A DNA stretch of 64,000 nucleotides from an uncultured Planctomycetia bacterium. Lineage in GTDB: Bacteria; Omnitrophota; Gorgyraeia; 2-02-FULL-51-18. The stretch spans positions 159,678-223,677 of the forward strand of contig CAZXLF010000002.1 in the NCBI GenBank assembly GCA_964642015.1, given 5' to 3'. Below, piece after piece: positions 8,955 to 18,243 of this stretch. The notes beneath the pieces are model-generated. The model was not told where the DNA came from. It made no database searches and worked only from the letters and a program-made list of their open reading frames with translations. The position numbers and the translations under genes were made by a program. Position 1 is the first letter of the stretch, and each line of letters begins with the position of its first letter.

Positions 8955-10040
8955 ATGTCCGCAAGTAATATTTTGAGCGGGAATGAGACGACTAATATAC
9001 TAAAAGCTGCGCAGATATTAAAAAGCGGCGGCATTGTTGTTTTTCCTACCGAGACCGTCTACGGTCTGGGGGCGGATGCGACCAATCCTTTGGCTGTTGC
9101 TAAGATCTTTGAAGTAAAAAAGCGTCCCCGATTCGATCCATTGATCGTCCATGTGTCTTCTGTTGAGGAAGCATTATCTTTATGGAAGGAGACGCCGGCT
9201 GTCACTCACCGGCTTGTGAAAACTTTTTGGCCAGGTCCTTTGACACTGATATTGCCGAAGAACGATAAGATTCCCGATATTGTTACCGCGGGACTTCCTA
9301 GCGTTGCAGTCAGAATGCCTAACAATGAGACTGCACTATCCTTGATCCGAGCGCTTGGAAAGCCTGTCGCAGCTCCGAGCGCTAATCTTTTTGGTTACAC
9401 AAGTTCCACGACTGCTGAAGCGGTTGCAGAAGACTTTGAAGATAAGGTGGATCTGATTCTCGATGGAGGCCCTACTAAAGTTGGGATCGAATCGACGGTT
9501 TTGAAGATAGAAAAAAACAGCGTCACGCTTTTGAGACCCGGAGGAATCAATGTTGAAGAGATCGAAAAGATAGTTCCGGTCACAAAAACAAAGGAAGATG
9601 ATGGAAAAGTTTATGAATCACCTGGACAGATGAAAAGTCATTATGCGCCTTGGACGAACTTGTCTCTGATGGGTTCCGAGTTCGCTGATTTTGTCGCGGA
9701 ACTTCGCCAGATACAGAGATCGTTTCATGAACGGGATATTGCTTGGCCGCGGTTGGGGCTTTTATTGTTCGCGCAGAGGGATCTGGAGAAGATAGAACAG
9801 GGAGCGCATCTTTTTGAGAAAATAGAAGTTTTAAGCAAAGAAGGCGATCTGCGCGAAGCAGCCGCGAATCTCTTTCAAAGTATCCGCAAACTTGATAAAA
9901 TAAACCTCGATGTTCTTATTGCGGAGTCGATGCCCGAACGAGGCCTGGGCCTTGCGATCATGGATCGTCTGAAAAAAGCTGCAGCAGGTCACGTGGAAAT
10001 CCGGGAATACTTAAAAAATCTAATTTCGAGAGTGAGCTGA
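8955..10040 (+). CDS. tsaC: L-threonylcarbamoyladenylate synthase (Sua5 long form)
   Basis: FPTETVYGLGA, KKRP, FWPGPLT, APSAN, SPGQMKSHYAP, Sua5 C-terminal domain. Confidence 0.95.
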   Translation: MSASNILSGNETTNILKAAQILKSGGIVVFPTETVYGLGADATNPLAVAKIFEVKKRPRFDPLIVHVSSVEEALSLWKETPAVTHRLVKTFWPGPLTLILPKNDKIPDIVTAGLPSVAVRMPNNETALSLIRALGKPVAAPSANLFGYTSSTTAEAVAEDFEDKVDLILDGGPTKVGIESTVLKIEKNSVTLLRPGGINVEEIEKIVPVTKTKEDDGKVYESPGQMKSHYAPWTNLSLMGSEFADFVAELRQIQRSFHERDIAWPRLGLLLFAQRDLEKIEQGAHLFEKIEVLSKEGDLREAAANLFQSIRKLDKINLDVLIAESMPERGLGLAIMDRLKKAAAGHVEIREYLKNLISRVS

Positions 10041-10042
10041 CC

Positions 10043-10978
10043 ATGTCTAACACAACAAACCTGGGAACCAAAATGGCTGAACAAGAAACTGTCTGGGAGA
10101 CAAAACTTCCTCTAACCCTTTTGAACCGCGGCAAAGTGCGCGATATCTATGCGCTGAGTGAAGACCGGTTATTGATCGTAACGACTGACAGGTTGAGCGC
10201 GTTCGATGTGGTGCTTCCGACACCGATCACAGATAAAGGACGCGTATTGAATCAGATCTCTCTTTTTTGGTTCGAAAAATTCAAGGATCTTGTGCCAAAT
10301 CATGTGATCACGGCCGATATCGACAAGATGGGTCTGGACTTGTCCATCCTCAAACAATTCGGACCTGCGTTAAGAGGCCGATCGATCCTTGTGCATCGCG
10401 CCAAGCCGCTTCCGGTCGAATGTGTGGTGCGCGGATTCATTACGGGCTCGGGATGGAAAGATTATCAGAAAACCGGAAAAATTTGCGGGCATTCTCTGCC
10501 TCCCGGCATGAAACAATGCCAAGAGATCCTTCAGCCGATATTTACTCCGGCTACAAAAGCGACCGTCGGCCATGACATGAATATTGATTTCAATGAGACT
10601 GTCAAACTCGTCGGGCAAAAGATCGCTGAACAGATCCGGGACCTGTCGATCCTGATCTATAAGAAAGGGGTCGAATTCGCTAAAACGCGGGATATTTTGA
10701 TCGCTGACACTAAATTTGAATTCGGTATCTATAAGGACAAACTGATTCTTATCGATGAGGTGCTTACGCCTGACAGCTCGAGATTTTGGCCTAAGGAGAA
10801 ATATCAGCCCGGTCAGGACCAGCCTAGTCTGGATAAACAGATCGTCAGAAATTGGCTTCTCCAATCCGGCTGGAACCAGACGCCTCCGGGCCCTGAGCTT
10901 CCTCAAAACATAGCGGAGCAAACATCTTTAGCCTACAAAGATGTATACAAGAGGTTGACCGGGAAAGATCTCGTTTGA
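10043..10978 (+). CDS. purC: SAICAR synthase
   Basis: RGKVRDIY, DRLSAFD, ECVVRG, ADTKFEFG, DEVLTPDSSRFW. Confidence 0.96.
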   Translation: MSNTTNLGTKMAEQETVWETKLPLTLLNRGKVRDIYALSEDRLLIVTTDRLSAFDVVLPTPITDKGRVLNQISLFWFEKFKDLVPNHVITADIDKMGLDLSILKQFGPALRGRSILVHRAKPLPVECVVRGFITGSGWKDYQKTGKICGHSLPPGMKQCQEILQPIFTPATKATVGHDMNIDFNETVKLVGQKIAEQIRDLSILIYKKGVEFAKTRDILIADTKFEFGIYKDKLILIDEVLTPDSSRFWPKEKYQPGQDQPSLDKQIVRNWLLQSGWNQTPPGPELPQNIAEQTSLAYKDVYKRLTGKDLV

Positions 10979-11520
10979 AATTTTCGCGAATTGCCCGCTT
11001 CTGCATATTTTCGGCAGTTTTTTTTTGTTTTTCCGTTAATGTTCAGGCAACAGACGAGCCTTATAAATGTGTTATTACCATCGAAAGTGTGTTGTTAAAA
11101 AAAGATTCCGGCGAGTGGATCACTATTATAGATCCGGATCATCAAGTGGACCTGATGCACCAGGATCCGACTGTCTCATTTTTTAATAACGGTCGGCGGG
11201 TTCCGCCGGGAAAATACAGTAATTTCAAGATCCTTCTTTCTAAGACGATCAAAGCCGGAACCGTTGAAAAGCCGGATCTGATCTATGACGCCAAGAGTTC
11301 TGAGATCGCAATTTACGGAAATAGGGATCTTGCCAAGATCCTCAGTGTGAGCGCATCCTCATTTATCAGCGTGTGGTTCAACCTCGATCTTTCAAATACG
11401 GTATCTGGCCGCGGTCCACAGGCCGAATTTACTCCTCCCAGACAGGTCAGACAGGCGAAGATCACTATTGATGATCAGGAAGTTGTTGTGCCGGGCAGCG
11501 ATATAACGTTATCTTATTGA
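10975..11520 (+). CDS. Hypothetical exported beta-rich protein (paralog of the next gene)
   Basis: Signal peptide; shares ITI..V.LK..SG.W, HQVDL, VP.GKY.NFK with 11517-12263. Confidence 0.7.
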   Translation: MKFSRIARFCIFSAVFFCFSVNVQATDEPYKCVITIESVLLKKDSGEWITIIDPDHQVDLMHQDPTVSFFNNGRRVPPGKYSNFKILLSKTIKAGTVEKPDLIYDAKSSEIAIYGNRDLAKILSVSASSFISVWFNLDLSNTVSGRGPQAEFTPPRQVRQAKITIDDQEVVVPGSDITLSY

Positions 11521-12263
11521 ATGTTGGGCCATTTTCTATGTTAAAAAAATTTTCCGTCCCCTTGATTTTGTTTTATATATTTTTGACGTCCTCGCTTTGG
11601 AGAATAAAACCATGCTTTGCCTCCGGCGATGCCACACACTGCATTATTACGGTTAAAAAAGTATGGTTGAAAAATGTCTCAGGTGATTGGGTCTCAGTTG
11701 ACCTTCCTGAGCATCAGGTGGACCTGACGCAGGAAGAGCCGATCTTCTCTTTTGTTAATTATAAGAAAGTCCCGCGCGGAAAATACGTGAATTTTAAAGT
11801 GGTGATCTCGGAGACCCTAAAAGTTTCAGGGAAGGACGGAAGGAATATGACCAAAGCCGGCGGCGAGATCACAGTCGGCGGAACAGCGGCTACTATAGCT
11901 GATCTTCCGGGAGACATCACTTCATTGGCAGCAACTTCTCCGACGTGGAACGACAAGGAAGAGGGACTGATCACAGAGCATCTGAATCTGGATTTTGAAG
12001 ACCGCAATGACACGATGGAAATATACCCGCGAAGGGATTTTAATAAACCTTTTGTGATTAAGGAAGGTTCGGGCGTGCATTTGTGGCTTACCGTGAGCCT
12101 AAGCCATACGATCTATTTCATGTTCCCTAACGCGATCCGCAAGAACGTGCCTACCCAATATGTGATGTATTTTATCCCTCCGAAAGAGGTTGATGACATG
12201 TCCATTGTTGTTGATTCTTCGACAAGTTTCGCACCCGGAGATCTGGTTGTTTGGGATTTTTGA
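11517..12263 (+). CDS. Hypothetical exported protein (DUF4382-like pattern, tentative)
   Basis: Signal peptide (CFA|S); paralogous blocks with the previous gene; alternative ATG at 11538. Confidence 0.7.
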   Translation: MNVGPFSMLKKFSVPLILFYIFLTSSLWRIKPCFASGDATHCIITVKKVWLKNVSGDWVSVDLPEHQVDLTQEEPIFSFVNYKKVPRGKYVNFKVVISETLKVSGKDGRNMTKAGGEITVGGTAATIADLPGDITSLAATSPTWNDKEEGLITEHLNLDFEDRNDTMEIYPRRDFNKPFVIKEGSGVHLWLTVSLSHTIYFMFPNAIRKNVPTQYVMYFIPPKEVDDMSIVVDSSTSFAPGDLVVWDF

Positions 12264-12266
12264 TGC

Positions 12267-13319
12267 CTAGAGGAATTTTTGTCGGTAAAGTTTGACTAAA
12301 GCGAAAAAAAGCGAGATCAGAGTAGGCGCTAAAAATATTCCCACGAATCCGTAAAGCTGCAGTCCTCCCAGGATCCCCAGGAAAAGCAAAAAATAGGGGA
12401 GTTTTGTTTTCTCGCCGATGAAAAGAGGTTTCAGAAAATTGTCGACCAGACTGATGATAAACGTGCCGAGCAGGAACAGAACGAACGCTTTGTGGAATTG
12501 CTGGACTATTATCAAATAAGCCACGAAAGAACCCCAGACAAGTGATGCGCCCATGACCGGGAGGAACGCTGCGAGGAACGTAAGGGCTGCGAAAAAGATC
12601 GGCAGCGGAAGTTTTAGAAGCCAGAAAATGATACCTGCTGTCAGCGCTTGGGCGATAGCGGTCAAGAGCTGACCGTGGAGCACTGCCGCGAACGTTTCAT
12701 TGATCTGTTTGAAAATATGTTTTTTGTCCTGCTCATCCATCGGGGTTATTTCGTAAATGATGCGGTAGATCCGATCGCCGTCCTTTAGAAAGAAAAAGGA
12801 AAGGAACAGCGAAAGCAGCAGATTAAGACTGGATAATAAGATATTCCTTGTGATCTTTGCGGCTTGGATCGCTGTAAAATTACCAAGTGTCTTTACCGTA
12901 TTCAGGATCCAATCTCCCGAATTGCGATGCACGAATCCGGCGAATACTTTGCTTGTCTCGATCCTGTGAAAGAAAGGCAAGCGGTGGAGTTGATCGATCA
13001 GATCCTTTAAGCGGCCGCCTTCAATATAATTCCAGAGGAAATCGTAGAGTTTTGTCGCTTCGAGCGCAAGATGGACTACGACGATCCCTATTAAAGGAAC
13101 AACGGTCAACAGGATCAGGAATAAAGTCAAAAGCGCGGAAACAGTTTCGTGGCCTTTAAGGGTTTTCAGCAGGCGCTTATAGATCGGATAGAATACAAAA
13201 GCAAGGACACAAGCCCAGAAGATCGGTTCAAAGAAATAAGAAAAGATCAGACAGACTTGATAGAAGATGAAAATGAACAGGGCTATAAAGAAGTAGGATA
13301 CCAGGCGGTCGCGGGTCAT
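12267..13319 (-). CDS. AI-2E family transporter
   Basis: Multiple TMs; FFFLKDG, DNFLKP, GILGGLQLYGFVGIFLAP. Confidence 0.92.
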   Translation of the reverse strand: MTRDRLVSYFFIALFIFIFYQVCLIFSYFFEPIFWACVLAFVFYPIYKRLLKTLKGHETVSALLTLFLILLTVVPLIGIVVVHLALEATKLYDFLWNYIEGGRLKDLIDQLHRLPFFHRIETSKVFAGFVHRNSGDWILNTVKTLGNFTAIQAAKITRNILLSSLNLLLSLFLSFFFLKDGDRIYRIIYEITPMDEQDKKHIFKQINETFAAVLHGQLLTAIAQALTAGIIFWLLKLPLPIFFAALTFLAAFLPVMGASLVWGSFVAYLIIVQQFHKAFVLFLLGTFIISLVDNFLKPLFIGEKTKLPYFLLFLGILGGLQLYGFVGIFLAPTLISLFFALVKLYRQKFL

Positions 13320-13405
13320 GTTTGTAATATATCAAGCCAATGGATTTAAAAAAAGGAAAAAATCAAGCTCTTTTGAATAAAGAAATATGGGAATTTATAT
13401 TTTTA

Positions 13406-13435
13406 TTGAGCTGTAAATCGATCCCGCGATAGAAT
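13406..13435 (+). promoter_or_regulatory. sigma70-type promoter, likely leaderless transcript
   Basis: TTGAGC-N18-TAGAAT ending 5 nt before ATG 13441; no SD. Confidence 0.45.
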
Positions 13436-13440
13436 ACATC

Positions 13441-13974
13441 ATGAATCTTTTGATCCGTTTACTTATCGTTTTTATCACGGCATTGTTTCGGAAGCCTTTG
13501 AGTCCAATCGGCGAATCCGTGCTTGATTTTCGTGTGCTGCCCAGCGACTTGGATGTGTATGGCCACATGAATAACGGACGCTACTTGACCTTAATGGACC
13601 TTGGCCGGATGGACATGCTTTACCGTACAGGTCTTATTCATATCGCGAAGAAACGCCGCTGGAATCCTCTTGTAGCATCTTCGTTAGTGCGTTACAAAAA
13701 ATCCTTGTCGCTTTTTCAGCCTTACCGGCTTCATACAAGGATCGTTTGTTGGGATGAAAAGTGGTTTTTTATCGAACAAAAGTTTAAAATAAATGGCCAT
13801 GATATAGCTGTCGGACTGATCAAAGGATTGTTCTATGGTCACAAAGGCAAGGTACCTACCGAGACAGTGATCGCGGCACTTGGCCATCAGATGTCCAGTC
13901 CCCCGATGCCGGATTCTATTAAAATGTGGCTTGAAACGGAATCGATAATGAACGACCATAAAAAATCGAATTAA
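13441..13974 (+). CDS. Hot-dog fold thioesterase (4HBT-like)
   Basis: DLDVYGHMNNGRYLTLMDLGR motif. Confidence 0.9.
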   Translation: MNLLIRLLIVFITALFRKPLSPIGESVLDFRVLPSDLDVYGHMNNGRYLTLMDLGRMDMLYRTGLIHIAKKRRWNPLVASSLVRYKKSLSLFQPYRLHTRIVCWDEKWFFIEQKFKINGHDIAVGLIKGLFYGHKGKVPTETVIAALGHQMSSPPMPDSIKMWLETESIMNDHKKSN

Positions 13975-13982
13975 CGGTTGAA

Positions 13983-14591
13983 ATGTCATCCATCAAAACC
14001 AGTAAACTCTTGGTCTTTGTTATTTTTTTCTTGGTGAAAGCTTCGGTTGTGTTTGCCGAAGGCAGCGTTGATGAGCTAAAGCCTATAGATCTTGATGGTG
14101 ACGGTAAAATGGAGAAAGTCACCCTGGTTTATAGTGAACCTGATGACTATGGAAACTGCACGGCAACGCTTCAGATAGAATCGTTGGGAAAAGTTTATTC
14201 GATGGCTCTGAAAGAAGGTTTTAACGCAGACACCACCTATTTGAAGAAACTTGTCATTTCGCCGAATGTAAAGCCGTTTGTAATGGTCGATTCCAAGACG
14301 AATCTGAATTATAACCGGCGCATCTATTCTTTTGATGGGCGGCAGATCAAAGAAGAATTAGTGATCTTTTCAAATTTCCCGAAGATCGAAGAAAAAGACA
14401 TGGATCATGACGGCATCAATGAAATCGTGGCTAAATATCGGGATGATCGCCCCGGCCGAGATCCCAAGAAAGACAGTTATGAAAGATACTACAAGTGGAG
14501 CGGGATGCATTTTTATGATAGCACCGACGATCGTTTTAAACACGAGGCCGCGCCTTCACCGTCTCCAAAATCAGATGATGACGATCTTTAA
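13983..14591 (+). CDS. Hypothetical exported protein with two DxDxDG motifs
   Basis: Signal peptide; DLDGDGKME and DMDHDGINE. Confidence 0.7.
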   Translation: MSSIKTSKLLVFVIFFLVKASVVFAEGSVDELKPIDLDGDGKMEKVTLVYSEPDDYGNCTATLQIESLGKVYSMALKEGFNADTTYLKKLVISPNVKPFVMVDSKTNLNYNRRIYSFDGRQIKEELVIFSNFPKIEEKDMDHDGINEIVAKYRDDRPGRDPKKDSYERYYKWSGMHFYDSTDDRFKHEAAPSPSPKSDDDDL

Positions 14592-14609
14592 CTTGAGAAA
14601 GGAGAATAT

Positions 14610-15194
14610 ATGGCCCTGACACCTTCCACCATGCTCGAACTTAAGACCAAGGCTCCGGATTTTTCTCTGAACGACGTGGTTTCAGGGAATAAGATTTCTT
14701 TATCGGTTTTCAGGGAAAAAAAATCACTTCTTGTGATGTTTATCTGCCGCCATTGTCCTTATGTCCAGCACATCAAGGCGGAACTCTCTCGATTGGGCAG
14801 GGATTATCAAAATAAAGACATCGGTATCGTGGCCATCAGTTCCAATGATGCGGCGAATTATCCTGAAGATTCCCCGAAAGGCTTGAAAGAATTCGCGAAA
14901 GAGATCGGCCTCTCGTATCCGCTTTGTTATGATGAAGATCAATCGGTCGCAAAAGCATACACGGCGGCGTGCACGCCGGATTTTTTTCTTTTTGACTCCG
15001 CGCGGCAGCTTGTTTATCGAGGCCAATTGGATGACTCAAGGCCCGGGAACGGGAAGCCGGTAACAGGAAAAGACTTGAGAGCGGCGATGGACGCTTTGCT
15101 GGCCGGCCGGCCAGTCAGCGCCGAACAAAAACCCAGCATCGGATGCAATATTAAGTGGAAAATCGGCAACGAGCCGGCGTATTATGGGCATTAA
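14610..15194 (+). CDS. Thioredoxin-fold AhpC/TSA-like protein
   Basis: FICRHCPYV, AACTPDFFLFD, YRGQLDD, SIGCNIKW; AAGGAG SD. Confidence 0.92.
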   Translation: MALTPSTMLELKTKAPDFSLNDVVSGNKISLSVFREKKSLLVMFICRHCPYVQHIKAELSRLGRDYQNKDIGIVAISSNDAANYPEDSPKGLKEFAKEIGLSYPLCYDEDQSVAKAYTAACTPDFFLFDSARQLVYRGQLDDSRPGNGKPVTGKDLRAAMDALLAGRPVSAEQKPSIGCNIKWKIGNEPAYYGH

Positions 15195-15222
15195 GGAGCT
15201 TCTTGTTCAATAAAGAATCGAA

Positions 15223-16191
15223 TTGGATTACTTGAAGAACGCAATCTTTTCGTTCATCGCGTTTTGCCTGGTCTTGATCTTTTCATTTGCCTGTCTCGAG
15301 ATCCCTTCTTATTTCGTCTATAAGCACAGATACCGCGAGGATGAGAAGAATCTTTTTTATGAGCACGATCCGTTTCTTGGATGGTTCCCTGAAAAAAATA
15401 GCCGGCGCAGTTTCAAGGCTGCGCAGCAAACTCTTGTGATCCATAACAGCCGTGGCTTCAGGGATCGGGAATTTGTCGATACCGGCAAGCCGGTGGTCGC
15501 TTTTATCGGCGATTCTTTTACATGGGGATTTGACGTGGACCAAAATAACCGTTTTACCGATATCCTTAGAAAAAAAATGCCCGGTTTTAATGTGGTGAAT
15601 TTGGGCGTCAGCGCCTATAGCACGGATCAGGAATATCTTTTATTGCGCAGAGAGTTCAATTTTTATAAACCATCTATCGTGGTGCTGATGTTCTGCGGCA
15701 ATGATCGCGAGGGCAATTCTTCAAATAAAGCTTACGGCTATTACAAGCCATATTTCAAATATTCCGGATCAAAACTGACCGTGAACGGCATTCCGGTCTC
15801 AAAGAACGCGATGTACGCGTTTAAATCAAGCCGGCTGTTCTATAAACCATATTTTCTCTTATTTTTCCTCAAACTTTATGATAAGTTGTTCTCTGAAAAA
15901 GAGATTTGGGTGGCCGATCCGACCTCCAGGATCATTACCGATATGGATATTTTTTCGCGCCAAAGGAATGCGGCTTTTATCGTTGCGTTGATCGACAAGG
16001 ATACAGAGCTTAAGCGTTTTTGTGCGGATCATCATATTAAAATAATTGACCTATCTTCTGTGGGAGAAGGGTTAAGATTCACATACGGCGGCGGACACTG
16101 GAACGAGAGAGGCCATCAGGCAGTTGCGGATTTGGTTTATAATTATTTTTCAAAATGGACTGCCGGCGTTCAAACCGCTCGAGCCGCCTAA
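15223..16191 (+). CDS. Membrane-anchored SGNH/GDSL hydrolase
   Basis: GDSFTWG, NLGVSAY, GND, GHWNERGH; N-terminal TM. Confidence 0.85.
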   Translation: MDYLKNAIFSFIAFCLVLIFSFACLEIPSYFVYKHRYREDEKNLFYEHDPFLGWFPEKNSRRSFKAAQQTLVIHNSRGFRDREFVDTGKPVVAFIGDSFTWGFDVDQNNRFTDILRKKMPGFNVVNLGVSAYSTDQEYLLLRREFNFYKPSIVVLMFCGNDREGNSSNKAYGYYKPYFKYSGSKLTVNGIPVSKNAMYAFKSSRLFYKPYFLLFFLKLYDKLFSEKEIWVADPTSRIITDMDIFSRQRNAAFIVALIDKDTELKRFCADHHIKIIDLSSVGEGLRFTYGGGHWNERGHQAVADLVYNYFSKWTAGVQTARAA

Positions 16192-16251
16192 TAGAAATTA
16201 AAGATTTGGCGAATTATATTTTGGCGGCGTAAAAAGGCAAAAGGATTGAAA

Positions 16252-16362
16252 AATGCCGGATATTCTGCGCCGGGCGGGCATTAGAGAAAGTCCGAAGTTT
16301 TTAACCATGCCGGCGATCGGGCGAAAGGCCGTTTACGAGCAGAAACAGCATTGGCGGAAGGG
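16252..16362. repeat. Two degenerate copies of an intergenic hairpin-type repeat (A1, A2)
   Basis: AATGCC(16252-57)...GGCATT(16277-82); CCATGCCGGCGA(16305)...GCATTGGCGGAAGGG(16348-62). Confidence 0.5.
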
Positions 16363-16393
16363 CCGTGATCGATGATGAGTTTGACACCTGAGT

Positions 16394-17425
16394 TTGGGTA
16401 ATTCGCTGGATTCACGATTGGTTTGTCCTCGCAGTCATCGTCCGCTGGAGATGAGAACCGGGTTTCTAGTTTCCGATTCGGGTATAAAATATCCGATCGT
16501 GGACGGTGTGCCAGTAATGCTATTAGATGATATTCAGCCGACTATGATGTTGGTTGAAAATTCGCTTAAAAGAGCGTGGGGACAATATCAAGATGTGCGT
16601 GTGCCCGAGCTTTATTTGGAATCGTTGGGTTTAGTCGAGTCTGAGAAAGTCGGGATCATAGAACTTTACAAAGCAGGAAATTGCGATATTGATCCTGTGG
16701 TATCGTTCCTTATCGGAGCGACCAATGGGATCATGTATAGATCGCAGATCGGGAATTTAAAAGAATACCCCATTCCTGGATTGCCTCTGCCCCGTTCGCA
16801 AGGGGAGTCTTTTTTGGACATTGGCTGCAACTGGGGGCGTTGGTGTATTGCCGCCGAGAGATTGGGCTATAAGAGTGTGGGCATCGACCCTTCCTTAGGC
16901 GCTATAATGGCTGCGAGGCGAGTAGCTCAGCAGCTTAAGGCACCTATCGATTATGTTGTCGGTGACGGGCGGTGTCTGCCGTTCCGGTCCGATAGTTTTG
17001 ATGTTGTTTTTTCGTATAGTGTGCTACAGCATTTAAGCAGGGAAAACGTTGAGCAGACGCTTGCGGAGATAAATCGGGTTTTAAAACCCAACGGGCGCTG
17101 CCTGATCCAGATGGCCCATAAATGGGGAATACGGTCTATTTATCACCAAGCCAGCAGAGGTTTCAGAGAGGCTCATGGTTTCGAGGTCAGGTATTGGAGT
17201 GTCGGGGATCTCAAGAAAAGCTTTCGAAACGCTATCGGAGAACCGAAGGTTTTTGTGGACTGTTTTTTTGGACTGGGCTTGCAGAAGTCTGACATTCAAT
17301 TGATGTCTCTGCCGAAGAAATGCCTTATTTATATGTCAGAATTTCTCAAGAAGGTGAGTTCAAGACTGTCTTTTTTCATTTATTTAGCGGATAGTCTTTT
17401 TGTGGAATCTTGGAAGCCACAATAA
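16394..17425 (+). CDS. Trm112-like N-terminal domain + class I SAM-dependent methyltransferase
   Basis: LVCP...YPIVDGVPVML; LDIGCNWG, FDVVFSYSVLQH, RVLKPNG; TTG start uncertain. Confidence 0.85.
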   Translation: MGNSLDSRLVCPRSHRPLEMRTGFLVSDSGIKYPIVDGVPVMLLDDIQPTMMLVENSLKRAWGQYQDVRVPELYLESLGLVESEKVGIIELYKAGNCDIDPVVSFLIGATNGIMYRSQIGNLKEYPIPGLPLPRSQGESFLDIGCNWGRWCIAAERLGYKSVGIDPSLGAIMAARRVAQQLKAPIDYVVGDGRCLPFRSDSFDVVFSYSVLQHLSRENVEQTLAEINRVLKPNGRCLIQMAHKWGIRSIYHQASRGFREAHGFEVRYWSVGDLKKSFRNAIGEPKVFVDCFFGLGLQKSDIQLMSLPKKCLIYMSEFLKKVSSRLSFFIYLADSLFVESWKPQ

Positions 17426-17459
17426 ATGATAAAGAAGATTTTTTTAAGACATTTGGCTG

Positions 17460-17535
17460 GCCAATGCCGCGACTTTGCGGGATTTTCAGAGGATGCGAAA
17501 ATGGTGTTTCAGGCATTGGCGGAGGGTTGCTAATG
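17460..17535. repeat. Intergenic hairpin-type repeat, copy B
   Basis: Perfect 9-bp inverted repeat GCCAATGCC(17460-68)/GGCATTGGC(17512-20); 17503-17535 matches 18210-18243 at 27/34. Confidence 0.65.
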
Positions 17536-17558
17536 GCGATTAGAAAGGCTTCGCATTA

Positions 17559-18203
17559 ATGGGGATAGTCAGAGTTTCCGCTTTTGCGGTTTCGCTTGAT
17601 GGTTTTGGGGCGGGCCTGGATCAGGATATTAAGAACCCTCTGGGTGTAGACGGTGCGAAGATCTTCGAATGGTTTTTTAAAACCAAGGCGTTTGGAAAAA
17701 TGCATGGCACTCAGGGCGGGAGTGACGGTATCGATAACGATTTCGCCGAAAGAGCGATGCAAAATGTCGGCGCTTGGATCTTGGGGCGCAATATGTTCGG
17801 TCCCGTCCGTGGCCCGTGGCCTGACGATTCCTGGAAAGGCTGGTGGGGCGAGGAGCCGCCTTATCATTGCGATGTGTTTGTTTTGACGCATCACCCGAGG
17901 ACCTCTATCCCGATGAAGGGCGGGACCGTGTTTCATTTTGTGACGGATGGTATCCATGCGGCACTTGATCGTGCCAAAAAGTCGGCTAAAGGCAAAGATG
18001 TCCGCATCGGCGGGGGCGTTTCGACGCTCCGTCAATACCTGAAGGCAGGTCTGATCGACGAAATGCACTTCGCTTATTCGCCGGTGTATTTGGGCGTCGG
18101 CGAAAATCTGCTTTCAGATATTAATTTGAATGCCTTGGGATTTAAGCATGTCGAACATGTCTCAGGCGAAAACGCGCTTCATGTTTTGCTGAAAAAAGCG
18201 TGA
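17559..18203 (+). CDS. Dihydrofolate reductase / RibD C-terminal family protein
   Basis: VSLDGF, ILGRNMF, VFVLTHH, IGGG, GLIDEMH. Confidence 0.9.
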   Translation: MGIVRVSAFAVSLDGFGAGLDQDIKNPLGVDGAKIFEWFFKTKAFGKMHGTQGGSDGIDNDFAERAMQNVGAWILGRNMFGPVRGPWPDDSWKGWWGEEPPYHCDVFVLTHHPRTSIPMKGGTVFHFVTDGIHAALDRAKKSAKGKDVRIGGGVSTLRQYLKAGLIDEMHFAYSPVYLGVGENLLSDINLNALGFKHVEHVSGENALHVLLKKA

Positions 18204-18209
18204 AGAACC

Positions 18210-18243
18210 GGTTTTTCAGGGATTGGTGGAAGAATTGTTAATG
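18210..18243. repeat. Intergenic repeat, copy C (right half only)
   Basis: GGTTTTTCAGGGATTGGTGGAAGAATTGTTAATG, 27/34 identical to copy B. Confidence 0.6.

Noticed and set aside
16283-16295. AGAGAAAGTCCG resembling the RNase P RNA GAGGAAAGTCC motif
   Set aside because: Imperfect match, no 3' P4 partner motif, and the ~200-bp spacer is too short for rnpB.
16253-16375. 40-aa ORF MPDILRRAGI...
   Set aside because: Overlaps the repeat copies and resembles nothing I recognise; unsupported as a gene.
17516-17532. sigma54 promoter reading of the repeat (TTGGC...TTGCT)
   Set aside because: Spacing is GG-N9-GC here and GG-N10-GT in the other two copies; none fits GG-N10-GC.
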